Source: Chiloscyllium plagiosum (lineage: Eukaryota). Taken from it: DNA of 64,000 nucleotides. The translations under genes were made by a program, and so were the position numbers. The notes beneath the pieces are model-generated. The model saw only the letters and a list, made by a program, of their open reading frames with translations. It was not told where the DNA came from and searched no databases. Positions 1 through 11,860 of the stretch are shown here, in pieces. The first letter of the stretch is position 1; each line of letters starts with the position of its first letter. The stretch covers positions 23,301,004 through 23,365,003 of the forward strand of contig NC_057719.1 in assembly GCF_004010195.1 (NCBI RefSeq), written 5' to 3'.

Positions 1-236
1 TAATACCGTCAAAATTGGCCTTTCTCCAATTTAGAACTTCAACTTTTAGATCTGGTCTATCCTTTTCCATCACTATTTTAAAACGAATAGAATTATGGTC
101 ACTGGCCCCAAAGTGCTCCCCCACTGACACCTCAGTCGCCCTGCCTTATTTCCCAAGAGTAGGTCACGTTTTGCACCTTCTCTAGTAGGTACATCCACAT
201 ACTGAATCAGAAAATTGTCTTGTACACACTTAAGAA
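1..236 (-). mobile_element. CR1 LINE endonuclease-domain fragment
   Basis: Reverse strand reads KCVQDNFLIQYVDVPTREGAKRDLLLGNK..EVSVGEHFGASDHNSIRF (APE endonuclease C-terminal SDH motif), with a frameshift. Confidence 0.85.
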
Positions 237-239
237 ATT

Positions 240-940
240 GGTGTTGTAGAACAGAGAGAGCTAGGAGTTCAGGTCCATAATTCTTTGAAATTTGTGTTAC
301 AGGTCGATAGCATGATTAAGGTATTTAGCACACTTGGCCTTCATTGCTTAGACTTTTGAGTATAGGAGTTGAGATGTCATGTTAAAATTGTACTGGACGT
401 TGGTGAGGCCTTTTCTGGAGTACTGTGTGCAGTTCTGGTCACCCTGTTATAGAAAGGATATTATTAAATTGGAGGAGTTTCAGGAAAGATTTACCAGAAT
501 GTTACCAGAAATGGATGGTTTGAGTACTAAAGAGAGACAGGATAGGCTGGGGCTTTTTCATTGGAATTTAGGAAGTTGAAGTGCGAATTTATAGAGGTTT
601 ATGAATTCATGAGGGGCATAGATAAGGTGAACGGTAAGGGTATTTTCCTTAGGGTGGGAGTGTTCAAAACTAGGGGACATATTTCTAAGGTGAGAGGAAA
701 AAGATTTAAAAAGGACATGAGAGGCATTTTTTTCTTACAGAGGAAGTGATGGATGCAGGTGCAGTTACAACATTCAGAAGACATTTGGATAAGGACATGA
801 ATAGGAAAGGTTTGAAAGGATATGGGCAAAATGCAAACAGATGGGACTAGTTTGCTTTTAAAACATGGTCAGTGGGGACTAGTTGGACCAAAAGGTCTGC
901 TTCCATGCTGTGTGACTCTATGATGCTATGATGCTATAAC
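240..940 (+). mobile_element. CR1 (HER1-like) LINE 3' fragment
   Basis: LYWTLVRPFLEYCVQFWSP RT C-terminal motif, stops/frameshifts, 3' UTR ending in (ctatgatg)n tail. Confidence 0.9.
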
Positions 941-962
941 TTTGAAATGTTGAAGAGCCAGA

Positions 963-1503
963 AATGATCAAGGTTTATGTGAAGATTTGGAACTCAGGTG
1001 CTGGTTGTCATGGATGTGGGAATGTTCACCGAGCTGGGAAGTTGATTTGCATACATTTCATACTCTGTCTCGGTGACACCTTCAGGGCTGTGGAGCCTCC
1101 TGTGAAGCACTGCTGCACCATGTCTTCTGGAATTTATTTGGTTCCATTTATGTTGCTTCCAGTTGCCAGTTCCTGTTGTTCATTGTAGTGGCCAGTGTAT
1201 TGGGTCCCGGTCAATGTGTTTGTTGATGGAGTCTGTGGTTGAGTACCATGCATCTAGAAATTCTCTGGCTGACCTCTGTTTAGCTTATCTTATGATCGTT
1301 GTGTTGTCCCAGTTGAATTTGTCATCCTTGTCATCTTTGTGTATGGCTACCAGGGTCAGCTAGTCATGGCGTTTAGTGGCTAGTTGGTATTCGAGGACGC
1401 ATATTACTAGTTAGTTGCCTGTTTGGCCTATATAGTGTTTCAGGCAGTCTTTGCATGGAATCCTGTAAATTACATTAGTCTTGCTCATGATGGGAATAGG
1501 GCC
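963..1503 (-). mobile_element. Penelope-like element (Poseidon-type) 3' fragment: GIY-YIG endonuclease plus pLTR
   Basis: Minus-strand translation PIPIMSKTNVIYRIPCKDCLKHYIGQTGN*...KFNWDNTTII...REFLDAWYS..SINKHID; degenerate hammerhead-like motif near 1047-1088. Confidence 0.85.
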
Positions 1504-1697
1504 TTTTGTCCTGGTTTTCAATCCTGTTCAAAACAGCCAGAAATGATTCCAGAGGATCATTTTCCATGGAGACTTTTTTTTATGCTGATTCAACTTCATA
1601 GAAAACCATACTCCTGGATTCTCTGCACACAATTTATCAACCTGCAACAAGTTGGCAGGAACCCCTAAATCACAAGAATCAACTGCTATTTTAAACG

Positions 1698-2009
1698 ATT
1701 TAGATTAGATTACTTACACTGTGGAAACAGGCCCTTCGGCCCAACAAGTCCACACCGACCCGCCGAAGCACAACCCACCCAGACCCATTCACCTACATTT
1801 ACCCCTGCACCTAACACTACGGGCAATTTAGCATGGCCAATTCACCTGACCTGCACATTTTTGGACTGTGGGAGGAAACCGGAGCAAACCCACACAGACA
1901 CAGGGAGAATGTGCAAACTCCACACAGTCAGTCGCCTGAGGCGGGAATTGAACCTAGATCTCTGGCGCTGTGAGGCAGCAGTGCTAACCACTGTGCCACC
2001 GGGCCGCCC
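1698..2009 (-). mobile_element. HE1-type V-SINE, full length
   Basis: tRNA-derived head (A box GGTGGCACAGTGGTTAG, B box GGTTCAATTCC), V-domain, CR1-like tail ending (TCTAA)n. Confidence 0.9.
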
Positions 2010-2364
2010 ACCAAGCAAAGTCAGGGGTAAGCAATACCAATTCATTCATTAGGATTACCTACAGCTGCCCATCAAATGTTTGGTACTTTGTTGGACATTT
2101 GATTGCTATTCAAATAAATCCAATAAGCAACTATTGTGCTAAAGCTTACTATAAATTTCCAATCAAATCCACACACCCCTAAGCACGTTGTGATTTCCCA
2201 TTTTGTTTTAAGTATGTGAATTCCATCAAGGCTGTTACTTTTGCTGATCCCAGCAACACTACTGTTTTTCTGCTGTGTTCTAGGTATGCACACGTTTTCT
2301 TTGCAAGATTTATTATTTGGTAGGCTAACGGTAGTTGCCTATATAAGGCTTCCAATTGTTTTAC

Positions 2365-2915
2365 GTGGTGAGGCCTTTTCTGGAATACTGTGTCTAGTTC
2401 TGGTTGCCGAGGTTATAGGAAGGATATTATCATTGATGGAGAGCATTCAGAAGAGATTTACCAGGTATGGAAGGTTTGAGCTATAAAGAAAGACTGAATA
2501 GGCTGGGACTTTTTTCACTGGAGCGTAGGAGGATGAGAGGTGACCTTATAGAAGTTTATAAAATAATAAGACATATAGATAGAGTAATTGTTTTGTCCCT
2601 AGCATGGGGATTTCAATACTAGGGGCCACATTTTTAAGGTGAGAGGAGAGAGATTTTAAAAAGACATGAGATGTACATTTTTTACACAGAGGGTGGTTCA
2701 CACGTGGAATGAATTTCCTGAGGCAGTGATGGATACAGGTAAAATTGCAACGCTTAAAAGACATTTGGATAGATACATGAATAGGAAAGGTTTGGAGGGA
2801 TATAGGCCAGGAGCAGGTAGGTGGGGCTAGTTTAGTTTGGGATTATGGTCAGCATGGGCTGATTGGACCGAAGGGTTTGTCTCCATGGAGTCTGCTGTCT
2901 GACTCTGAGTCTATG
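2365..2915 (+). mobile_element. CR1 LINE 3' fragment
   Basis: Similar to 240-940; inserted in the Gypsy RT relic. Confidence 0.85.
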
Positions 2916-3574
2916 TTCTTTCCAGGTGTTACAAAATATTAATAGATCATATAAGCAAATCTAACAATTGTGGTACACTCCTTATTATTTGATTCATAAG
3001 TCTTTGGAAAGTAGCTGGAGAATTTTTAACTCTAAATGACATGACTCGACATTGATACAATACATTTGATTTAACAAATGTTGATATTTCTTTTGCTCTT
3101 TAGTCAATGGTACTGGCCATTACTGCTTCAATAAATCAGTTTTAGTAAGGAATGACAACTCTGTTGATACAATCTTCTATTCAAGCAATATTGATTAACA
3201 GAGACTCGCCTTATATCTGATTAAAGATACCTAACCTGGTGTTTGTATACAGATTTCCTTGAATTCCTTCAATGTCCTTCCTCTAACTTCAGAAATACAG
3301 TACCTAACTGTACCAGTATTTCACGTTTGCCAATTGGATTCACTTTATGAATAATCTGCATCTCCTCTCTATCATTCTTACTGTCTCTGTCATCCTTTAC
3401 TATTCCTAACAGCTCATAAAATTGGCCCTTCTTATCTTCTTCTCTCTATGATGATAAAATTTTAACATGTTTATGTGACATAACTGATTATTTTTCCTGC
3501 AACCTGAAGTAGTTGTCAAATGGCTCACTTTCCTAAAGTTCTTAATTATCTTGTGTGGACCAGTATGGACCATA

Positions 3575-3903
3575 TTGAATAGATAAGATAGATAGCCAAC
3601 AGTTTTTCCCCATGGTAGGAGAGTCTACAGGGCCTAAGTTTAAGATGAGAGAGAAGAGATGCAAAAGGGTCCAGAGGGAAAAATATTTTCAGACAGAGGG
3701 TGGTAAGTGTCTGGAATGGGGCAAGTACAGTTTTGTCATTTCAGAAACATTTAGTCAGGTACATGAATGGGAGAGCTACGAAGGGATGTGGACCAAACAC
3801 AGGCAAATGGGACTAGTTTAATTGTGAAAACAGGGAAGCATAGAAATATTAGGCTGAAGGGCCTGTTTCCATCTTGTAAATCTCCATGACTACAACTCTA
3901 TGA
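3575..3903 (+). mobile_element. CR1 LINE 3' fragment
   Basis: Diverged CR1 3' end with gggcctgtttcc..ctctatgac tail. Confidence 0.75.
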
Positions 3904-4539
3904 CCAGTGCATCTTGCATTCAGAGGTTTGTCTTGTAAAGTTGTTAAAACTAACACCTAATCTTCTATTTAAAATGTCAGCATGTTTGCCTGCATATCCT
4001 TTCATTTTTGTCAGTGAAGTTTTTAAATGCTCTTTCACTGTTTGGCAAGCTTATGTGAGTCTGAAATATTGAGGATTTGTCTTTAATTTTAATGGAACTT
4101 TTATCGTAGATTAATTCCAATGGATGAAACCCAGTTGATTTGTGTAGGTAATCTTGATAGCAAAGAAATAGAAAATTTAAACCTTTCTTTCAATCCTGAG
4201 GATATTCGTATGCTTTCATTGAGATTAAACTTTTCATTGTTTCTTTTATTGAGTGTCTAATGGTTATCCTCTAAGGCTCCCTGTGTTTGTGGATGATATG
4301 CTGTAAACTTCAATTGTTTTTTACTCAGGTTATTTATGATTTTCTCTTGAAATTTAGAGAGAAATGGCATTCCTCCATTGCCGGGCACATTGAGAATCTG
4401 AAAGGCAAAAGACACCAGGCCAGCATTGTACTTTGGGGTGGGGGACTGACAATAACAGGAGGTAGTTGAAGGAAGTGTGAGATACATGCTGACCAAATCT
4501 GCAGGTTGTGGGTCAAAAGAGATTGTGGAATGTGGAAGA

Positions 4540-4856
4540 AGATTAGATTAGATTCCCTACAGTGTGGAAACAGGCCCTTCAACCCAACAAAGCCACACCA
4601 ACCCTCTGAAGAGTAATCCAGCCAGACCCATTCTCCTAGCCTACGTTTACCCAACCAAGGGCAATTTAGCATGGCCAATGCACCTGACCTGCACATCTCT
4701 GGAGTGTGGGAGGGAACCAGAGCACCCGGAGGAAACCCACGCAGACACGGATAGAATGTGCAAACTCAACACAGACAGTCACCTGAGGCTGGAATCTAAC
4801 TCAGGTCCCTGGTGCTGTGAGGCAACAGTGCTAACCACTGAGCTACCATGTTGCCA
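4540..4856 (-). mobile_element. HE1-type V-SINE
   Basis: Homologous to 1698-2009. Confidence 0.9.
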
Positions 4857-5084
4857 TAAATTTAAATAGAACAATTTAGAGATTCCAGAGAAGTGGGATT
4901 CCAAAAAGAAGATCACCCATTTAAATCCCACTGCCCTCAATTGATTCAAAGTTCACCTCTCCTTTAAGAGAAGCAAGTTAGTTTTAAGTGGTGCTAGCCA
5001 TTTACAAAGTCAATCATGGGTAATGTCCGAACGTCTCCTAATGTCATTTGTCCAGATGGTACATCACATTGCTGTTCTGAAAAT

Positions 5085-5215
5085 GTAAAACGGAACCAAA
5101 TAGATTCCATAAAACACAGTACTGCAGGAGCCTCCAAAGCACTGATGATGTCACCTAGACAGGGGATGAAACGTCTGCAAATCAACTTCCCAGCTCAGCA
5201 AACATATCCACATCT
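5085..5215 (+). mobile_element. Penelope pLTR fragment (same family as 963-1503)
   Basis: Shares tgcaaatcaacttcccagctc and flanking sequence with the reverse complement of ~1030-1150. Confidence 0.75.
5139..5178 (+). ncRNA. Minimal type I hammerhead ribozyme motif
   Basis: GCA-CTGATGA-T-GTCACC/TAGACA/GGGGAT-GAAA-CGTC-TGC: stem I GCA/TGC, intact core, predicted cleavage after C5175; activity untested. Confidence 0.65.
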
Positions 5216-5909
5216 AGATATATAAAGAAAATTCTGTTGATCAAGAATCCAAACTAAAGGGGTACAATGACATGACTTTCTCACAGTTCCTTCAATTTCT
5301 TATTAGAACATAGAACATAGAAAAGATATCAGCTATAGAAAAATGGAACACTCCATATTGGGTAGCAGATCAGTTAGATACAGGCCTCATGGTTAAGTTT
5401 AAAATACAACTTTGAGAGTTTGAGTAGATCAGAAATATCAATTCCTGGGGGCTTGAAATGATACTCAGGAAGTCTGTGACTGAAATATTGGGTTTTTTTT
5501 AAGGGTTATATAACTCACAAAAGGGGAAGGGAGGGAGATACAATTGCTTCCTTGCAAACCTATCCACAACTGAATGATTCTCAAATCTGTGGCAAAGTAA
5601 ATCCAAAGCCAAAGGTCCAGAGGCTGTTGCTAAGCAACCTTCAACACTAAGCTTGTCCTAAAACTCAGTCTGTTTAGCAAGCAATTAATGCAATGCAGCA
5701 ATCTGTTATCACACTTTTAAAAGCTCATCAGTCACTTGATACTTCTGCAAACAGCAGGAAATCCATAGCTCATCTGACCATTTGGCTTTCTGGCTTTCCA
5801 GTTCCATGAATCCACACAATGAAATCTCCGTAAGCCAGGAAATGTTCAAATCTTTCATCCTTTCCAACTGGCATTATCCATAAACATAGAAGTTCCCAAC
5901 ATTATGACT

Positions 5910-6220
5910 TAGAACATGGAAATATCAGAGCAGGAGTAGGCCATTTGTCCATTTGTGCTTGCTCCATCACTCAATATGACCATAGCTGATCATCCAACTC
6001 AGTATTCTGTTTCCACTTTCTCCCCATATCCTTTGATCCCTTTAGCCCCAAGAACTATATCAAATGCCTGCTTGAAATCATGTAATATTTTGGGTTCAAC
6101 CACTTTCTGAGGCAGAGAATTCCATAGGCTCCATCCTGAATGAAGAAATTTCTCCTCATCTTAGTCCTAAATAGTCTACCTTTATAACCTTAGACTGTGA
6201 TCTCTAGTTTTGGACTCCCC
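5910..6220 (-). mobile_element. Older CR1 LINE 3' fragment
   Basis: gagcaggagtaggccatt...ttctccccatatcctttgatccc pattern, reverse-oriented CR1 3' end. Confidence 0.7.
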
Positions 6221-6222
6221 GA

Positions 6223-6555
6223 TGTAATGATGCTGCTCCTTTAACAGGGTTATTCTGTCCTTGTTTTGTTTTGACAGGAGCCCTAAATGCAGAGGTGCCA
6301 TAATGTCTGAATTGACTACTTGACTAATAGGTACTGCCTAAGTCAACAATCCGAAAAGGCTTTCAGGTTTTTTCTTAAAATACTCGTACAATGAAAGGGG
6401 AGTTGCCAGTTCTCCCAGTTCAGGGGTATTTTTTTCTAGTTTTGGGCTAGATTCAGCTGGGAACCCAAAGAAGCAGCTTCATGCTGATCCTTTCCCTTTC
6501 TCTGACATCTCTCTCCTGTAAGAACCTGAGTTTGAATTTACCTTTTTGCCAAGTA
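6223..6555. mobile_element. Possible LTR fragment
   Basis: Begins abruptly with TGT at the end of a CR1 fragment; non-coding; resemblance to Gypsy LTRs is by recall only; no partner LTR seen. Confidence 0.3.
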
Positions 6556-7427
6556 TCCCAGTCATGTCAAAAACTAAGAAAATAATATTAGAAGAGGAGA
6601 ACAGAGTATTCAACGAAGAATGGGGTTTGTATTATTGCGTAGTTGCTGTAAAAGACAAAATGATGTGTTTGCTGTGTGACACTTTAATTGAAGAAATACA
6701 ATGCATATCAGCATTGTGTGGCTCATAAGGACCACAAATATGCTAAACTGGAAGAAGAACCCCAAAAGTCTGCATTTAAGAAAATGACAGATCAAAAGCA
6801 GCAGCAGCAGCAAGTACTTAAACTGATGTCAGTACAAGTGGCTGATATCACTGAAGCAACTCATAAAGTTGCATATATACTTGGAAGAAGAGGTAAGCCA
6901 TTTAGCGATGTGGAAATCGTAAAAGTATGCATTCCTGAAGTTGTAAGATGGTTAGATTCAGGTAAGGTTAATAAGTACAAACAACGAACAGAACAACTTC
7001 ATACAATGTGCCAAAGCAAAAACACTTATTATTCAGTTGCCTTGGATGAATGCACTGACATTACTGACTCAGCGTGGGTTTTAATTTTTATTCGTGTAGT
7101 AACTGCAGATTTTCATTGCCATGAGGAGTTGTTGGCTTTGTGTGCTCTTACGGTGAGGACATGTGGAATTGACATTGTCACTATCTTCAAAGAAAAATAC
7201 CATGAAGTAAAACTGAGTTTCTGTAATTCAGTATGTGTACGCACACAGACAGTGCACCTTCCATGAGAGGAAATAGCGAAAAATTTATGTTATTACAAAA
7301 AGATTTGCCAGATCCGCACACTTTGATTTCCTTTTCATTATCTTTCGCATCAACAGAATCTCTGTGACAAATCTACTGTTGTGACACAGTAAAGAAAGTT
7401 ATAGATATTGTAAACTACACTTGAGCA

Positions 7428-7937
7428 ATTGGAAGGGTGTTGTGAAACTTGGAAGGGTTCAGAAAAGATTTACAAAGATGTTGCCAGAGTTGGAGGATTT
7501 GAGCTATAGGAAGAGGCTGAATAGGCTGGGGCTGTTTTCCTGGAGCGTCGGAGGTTGAAGAGTGACCTTATAGAGGTTTATAAAATCATGAGGAGCATGG
7601 ATAGGATAAATAGACAAAGTCTTTTCCCTGGAGTGGGGGAGTCCAGAACTAGAGGACATAGGTTTAGAGTGAGAGGGGAAAAATTTAAGAGACCTAAGGG
7701 GCAACATTTTCACACAGAAGGTAGTGAGTGTATAGAATGAGCTGCCAGAGGAAGTGGTAGAGGCTGGTACAATTACAACATTTAAAAGGCATCTGGATGG
7801 TTATATGAATAGGAAGGGTTTAGAGGGATATGGGCCGGGTGCTGGCAAGTGGGACTAGATTAGGTTGGGATTTCTGGTCGGCATGGATGAGTTGGACTGA
7901 AGAGTCTGTTTCCATGCTGTACGTCTCTATGACTCGA
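7428..7937 (+). mobile_element. CR1 (HER1-like) 3' fragment nested in hAT fossil
   Basis: Typical HER1-like 3' end; transposase coding resumes at ~7944. Confidence 0.9.
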
Positions 7938-8332
7938 TCACACTAAATGCATTATGGCATCACTAATTTTGCAACATGTTTCAGCTTGATGATGAAACAT
8001 TCAGTGAGGATCTGCCACATAACTCTAAAGTGCGTTGGTTGTCACAAGGACAAATACTTGTAAAACTCTTAACTATGTGAAAACAAATCACAAGGTTTTT
8101 TTGAGGAACTGAATGAACCACGTGAATTGTCAAGAGAGGATTTCTGCAGAAATGCTGCATTTTCGTGTGACATAATGTCAAAGCAAAATGATCGGAATTT
8201 GTTCTGCGAGGTGGAACTATATGTGGCTAAACATCAAGGCATTTCACAAAAAGCTGACCTTTTTCAAAACTCTCCTTACTCAATTAGAACTTTCAGCTGA
8301 ACACTTTCCTGAGCTGGCAAAGATAATTAATG

Positions 8333-8541
8333 CTGAAAATGTGTTGCTGGAAAAGCGCAGCAGGTCAGGCAGCATCCAAGGAACAGGAGAATCGACGTTT
8401 CGGGCATAAGCCCTTCTTCAGGAATGCTTATGCTCGAAACGTCGATTCTCCTGTTCCTTGGATGCTGCCTGACCTGCTGCGCTTTTCCAGCAACACATTT
8501 TCAGCTCTGATCTCCAGCATCTGCAGCCCTCACTTTCTCCT
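8333..8541. mobile_element. Penelope-derived fold-back mini-element with hammerhead; 15-bp TSD
   Basis: TSD caaagataattaatg at 8318-8332 and 8542-8556; 80-bp inverted arms 8332-8411/8426-8505. Confidence 0.9.
8390..8425 (-). ncRNA. Minimal type I hammerhead ribozyme motif
   Basis: Minus strand ATTC-CTGAAGA-A-GGGC/TTAT/GCCC-GAAA-CGTC-GATT. Confidence 0.7.
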
Positions 8542-10624
8542 CAAAGATAATTAATGAACAGGATACAAGCAAATCATTAAGGAAATGCAACGTGAAAGAA
8601 TACACAGCTGTCCTAGAGTCCCTGATTGAAGAATACAATGAAAAGTTGGCAGATTTTGAGAAACATGATCTCACCCTGAAATTAGCTTTTCAACCTTACC
8701 TGGTTGATACCTGCAAAGCACATGATGACTCACTGATGGAATTGATTGAGTTCTCAGAAGATAATGATATTCTGAAGACTCTATTTGACGCTAAAAAGGA
8801 TCACATTGAAATATGGAAAAATGTCTTTGAATACTCACATCTACGTCAACCTGCTCGTCAAATGCTGTCTTGTTTTGGCACAACCTGTTGTTGTGAATCA
8901 ACATTTTCGTATGTGGCACAAATTATAACCTGCTTGCGATCTCAAATGATGGATATTCACCTGGAAGACCAATTAAAGCTACATTCAACGATGTTGGAAT
9001 CACCCATCTGATTCCTATCTCGCAATAAGCAATCACAAAAAAAGTAATTAAATGGTCTGCTGTCTATGTCTTTCACTTATTATTAGTTCTATTGTCAACT
9101 TTGCCAGAGGAGGAACCAGGTATAAGTGGCCCACAAGTCTCCTCCCAAGAGGTGATCAGGCCCTCCACCTCCAACCTGTCTGATACTCTCATCCCTATGG
9201 TGGTTGAAGCCAAGAGGGTGTACCTGCCACTGGCAAGGACTCACTTCATGTGGGTCCTCTGGAGGTTGCCCGACCAGTCCTCTAAGGCCTACTGTAGGGC
9301 AGGCTCCCTTCAATCCAAGTTGTGCATCCCAAGTCTGCATTGGTCAGATAAGAAAGGTGACTTTCTAAGACACATTGGTGGCATGGGTGACTGTTCATTG
9401 GAAATAAGTTCTTAATGTTGTAAATATATGTTCTGTTTTCAGCAATGTCTGTCTAGTCATAAGTGCAACGTTGCAGGTACTGAAGCTACCCATTCTTATC
9501 CCTTCACAATGTTCCATTGACCAAGTTGTGAGGTGAGGGACTGCTGCAGCCCCTTCAGGACCATTGCTTTTACAACTGTTTGGGGATCAGCTGGTGGCAA
9601 GGGGGAATCAGGAGGGTTTTTAGCTATAGAGATACCCAGGAATTAGACATGTTTTTAACCTGTCCAGCCTTTCATATCGCTACCAAATCTCCATATCTAT
9701 TTTAAGAGATGGAGACAATTGTCCAGGGAGCTGGGAACTGCCCATTAAAATTTAACCTTCCCAGGCAGTTCCTGCACAGTCAGTGTGTCGACTTGTCTGG
9801 GGATCCCATTACAAACCTTCAGGAGTCTGTCCAAGTATCAGGAAACTGGGGCCATTTTATGCATGAAATACACTGCTAAATCTGCTCAATACACAGTGAA
9901 ATTATGGACATGCAGTTGCTAATTTGCAAATGAATATTAATGAAATGATCTTTGTTCCATTCCCTAAATTCATCACCCTCTTGTATATTAATCAATGACA
10001 TCATTTAACAACACCATTCTTCACATTAAGTGGTTTGAAATCTGTGCTGCGCCAGGTGCAGACTATTTAACACTCAAAAAGACTGAAATCTGAATGACAT
10101 CAAGAGCATCCATGTCAACTCTTGTACTTTTATCCTCAGTTGCCTCTGTAGTTACTCATTTCCAGCTTAGCTTCTGATTATTTTGAATCAGGAGAGAAAC
10201 ATTTTTATTTAAAGCAGCAAGCAAATAGAGATTCATTTCGAGCACCTCATAAATAATATTTTTTTGCAGGATGATTGATCATTGAGATTCTCTGCACCAC
10301 AGAGGACCAGCTGAAAGTAATTGCAATAATATTGTACAGTAAATTACTACTTACAAGGGAGGGGTCATGCAATGGGGCTTTTGTATTATGTTTTGAATAA
10401 ATTCTGCCTAATTGTAGACTTTGAGTGGTGCATGGAACCATATAATGATATGCTCTGTACTTTAGCAAATTGTATGTGTTTGTAAGCTATAAAGAACCAT
10501 TCAATTGAACCCCAGCTGTTCAGTAACTAAATTCATACAGTAAACGCAATCGCTATCAGATAAGGTGCTGAACTTCTGTTTAACGGATTCTGGATAATTC
10601 CTTCCTCAATGCTTCGGGAAAATT

Positions 10625-10740
10625 CATCCTCATGTCATTACTATTTATGTTACTTAACTCTGTGATCTGCCTGTATTGCTTGCAAGACAAAGCTTTTCAC
10701 TGTGCCCCGGTACACGTGACAATAAATTCAATTCGATTCA
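10625..10740 (+). mobile_element. Rex1/Babar-like LINE extreme 3' end
   Basis: gacaaagcttttcactgtgcc..acgtgacaataaattcaattc matches the reverse complement of 19808-19880. Confidence 0.7.
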
Positions 10741-11094
10741 GATCATTGCAGTTCATGCACATTTGCTGATAAGTCAGATTTAAATAATGTCAGTATTCTA
10801 TTTTTGCTAAGCTTGTCACAGTTTTGTTCTTACAATTTTTTCTCCAGGTCAGTTAGATGGGAATATTTTTTAAATGTACAGAATAAGCCAACCATGTACA
10901 TTGTAACAGAGTGACAACCAGGAAGCACTTTGTGTAAATTTAGTCAGAGAGTGCTAATTTGGGAAGTATACAAAGCAAAGCTAAAGAAATATTTGATCCT
11001 TATCATCTTCAATAAAAAGAAAATCCGGCAAGAAAGTTAGCAAAAAAATTCAGCAGGGAATAAATAGAACGCGAGTGATGAAAAATATGAATTT

Positions 11095-11330
11095 ACAACC
11101 ACAAAGAATGCTGGAGAAAACAAACAAGTTGGCATGATCTATGGAGAGGCAAACCGAGATAACATTTCAAGTCCAATAGGACATCTTCAGAACTGGACCG
11201 GAATAGTGTTGTGATGGGGAATAATACTGAACTCAAAGCATTTTTTCTCTCTACAGATGTTGCCAGACCTGCTGAGCTTCTCTAGCACTCTCGATGTTTG
11301 TTTCAGATTTCCAGCATCCAGCTTTTAGCT
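11095..11330. mobile_element. Old Penelope-derived inverted pLTR pair
   Basis: Left part gctggagaaa..aacatttcaagtcc..tcttcagaac is minus-oriented; right part cagacctgctgag..cagatttccagcatc is plus-oriented; diverged. Confidence 0.6.
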
Positions 11331-11519
11331 GTGTGTACGTTACAATGTCATTCAGTCACTCCAGTTGGTTCTGTTTATTCAGCAGTTATCTAATCAGTGT
11401 CTTTTTTAATGCTAACATTTTTGAAACTCTATTTTTCCCCTACACTTCCAGGTGGGAAGAGTTTATTTTGTTGCATTTATTGCAGATTCCGGGTATTAAC
11501 AAATACAGTGTTCAGCAAT

Positions 11520-11860
11520 AGGACGGCACGATAGCTCAGTGGTTAGCTCTTCTGCTTCACAGCGCAAAGGACTTGGGTTTGATTCTACCCACAGGTGACT
11601 GTGTGCAGTTTGCACATTCTCCCTCTGTCTACACAGGTTTCCTCCAAGTGCTCTGGTTTCCTCTCACAGTCCAAAAATGTGCAGGTTAGGTGGATTGGCT
11701 ATGCTAACTTTCCCTGTAGTGTACAGAGTGTGGATGTTAGGTGAATTAACTATGGGAAATGCAGGGTTACAGAGGTGGGTATGAGTGGGATGCCCTTTGG
11801 AAGATTAGCTTGGACTTGATGGGCCAAATGGCCTCATTCCACACTGTAGGTATTCAATAA
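11520..11860 (+). mobile_element. HE1-type V-SINE (diverged)
   Basis: tRNA head, V-domain, CR1-like tail. Confidence 0.85.

Larger units (their letters stand above)
1505..4540 (-). mobile_element. Decayed Gypsy LTR-retrotransposon pol, Gmr1-like domain order (INT-RT-RNaseH), interrupted by younger insertions
   Basis: Minus strand: integrase TAYHPQTQGALE and STGFHPLELIY (~4330-4080); RT LTKTDLLKQ*WPVPLTKRAKEISTFV..LYQCRVMSFRVKNSPATFQRLMN (~3200-2990); TKWEITTCLGVCGFDWKFI (~2210-2150); RNase H FKIAVDSCDLGVPANLLQ..WFSMKLNQH (~1697-1575). Confidence 0.8.
6564..9049 (+). pseudogene. hAT transposase fossil (SPIN/Charlie, GTF2IRD2/EPM2AIP1-like), disrupted
   Basis: ENRVFNEEW..MCLLC (BED-like), GKPFSDVEIVK, YSVALDECTDITD, TDSAPSMRG, VRWLSQGQIL, FGTTCCCESTFS..RSQMMDIHL; multiple frameshifts/stops and two nested insertions; no TIRs found. 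Confidence 0.9.

Noticed and set aside
1..940. Twin-primed 5'-inverted CR1
   Set aside because: Opposite-strand CR1 pieces abut, but the left end is outside the window so no TSD can be tested; may be two insertions
6799..6813. CAG repeat
   Set aside because: Only about five Gln codons inside a dead transposase
9092..9415. 107-aa GC-richer ORF after the hAT fossil
   Set aside because: No recognisable motif, no ATG start, no convincing splice sites; probably an old repeat
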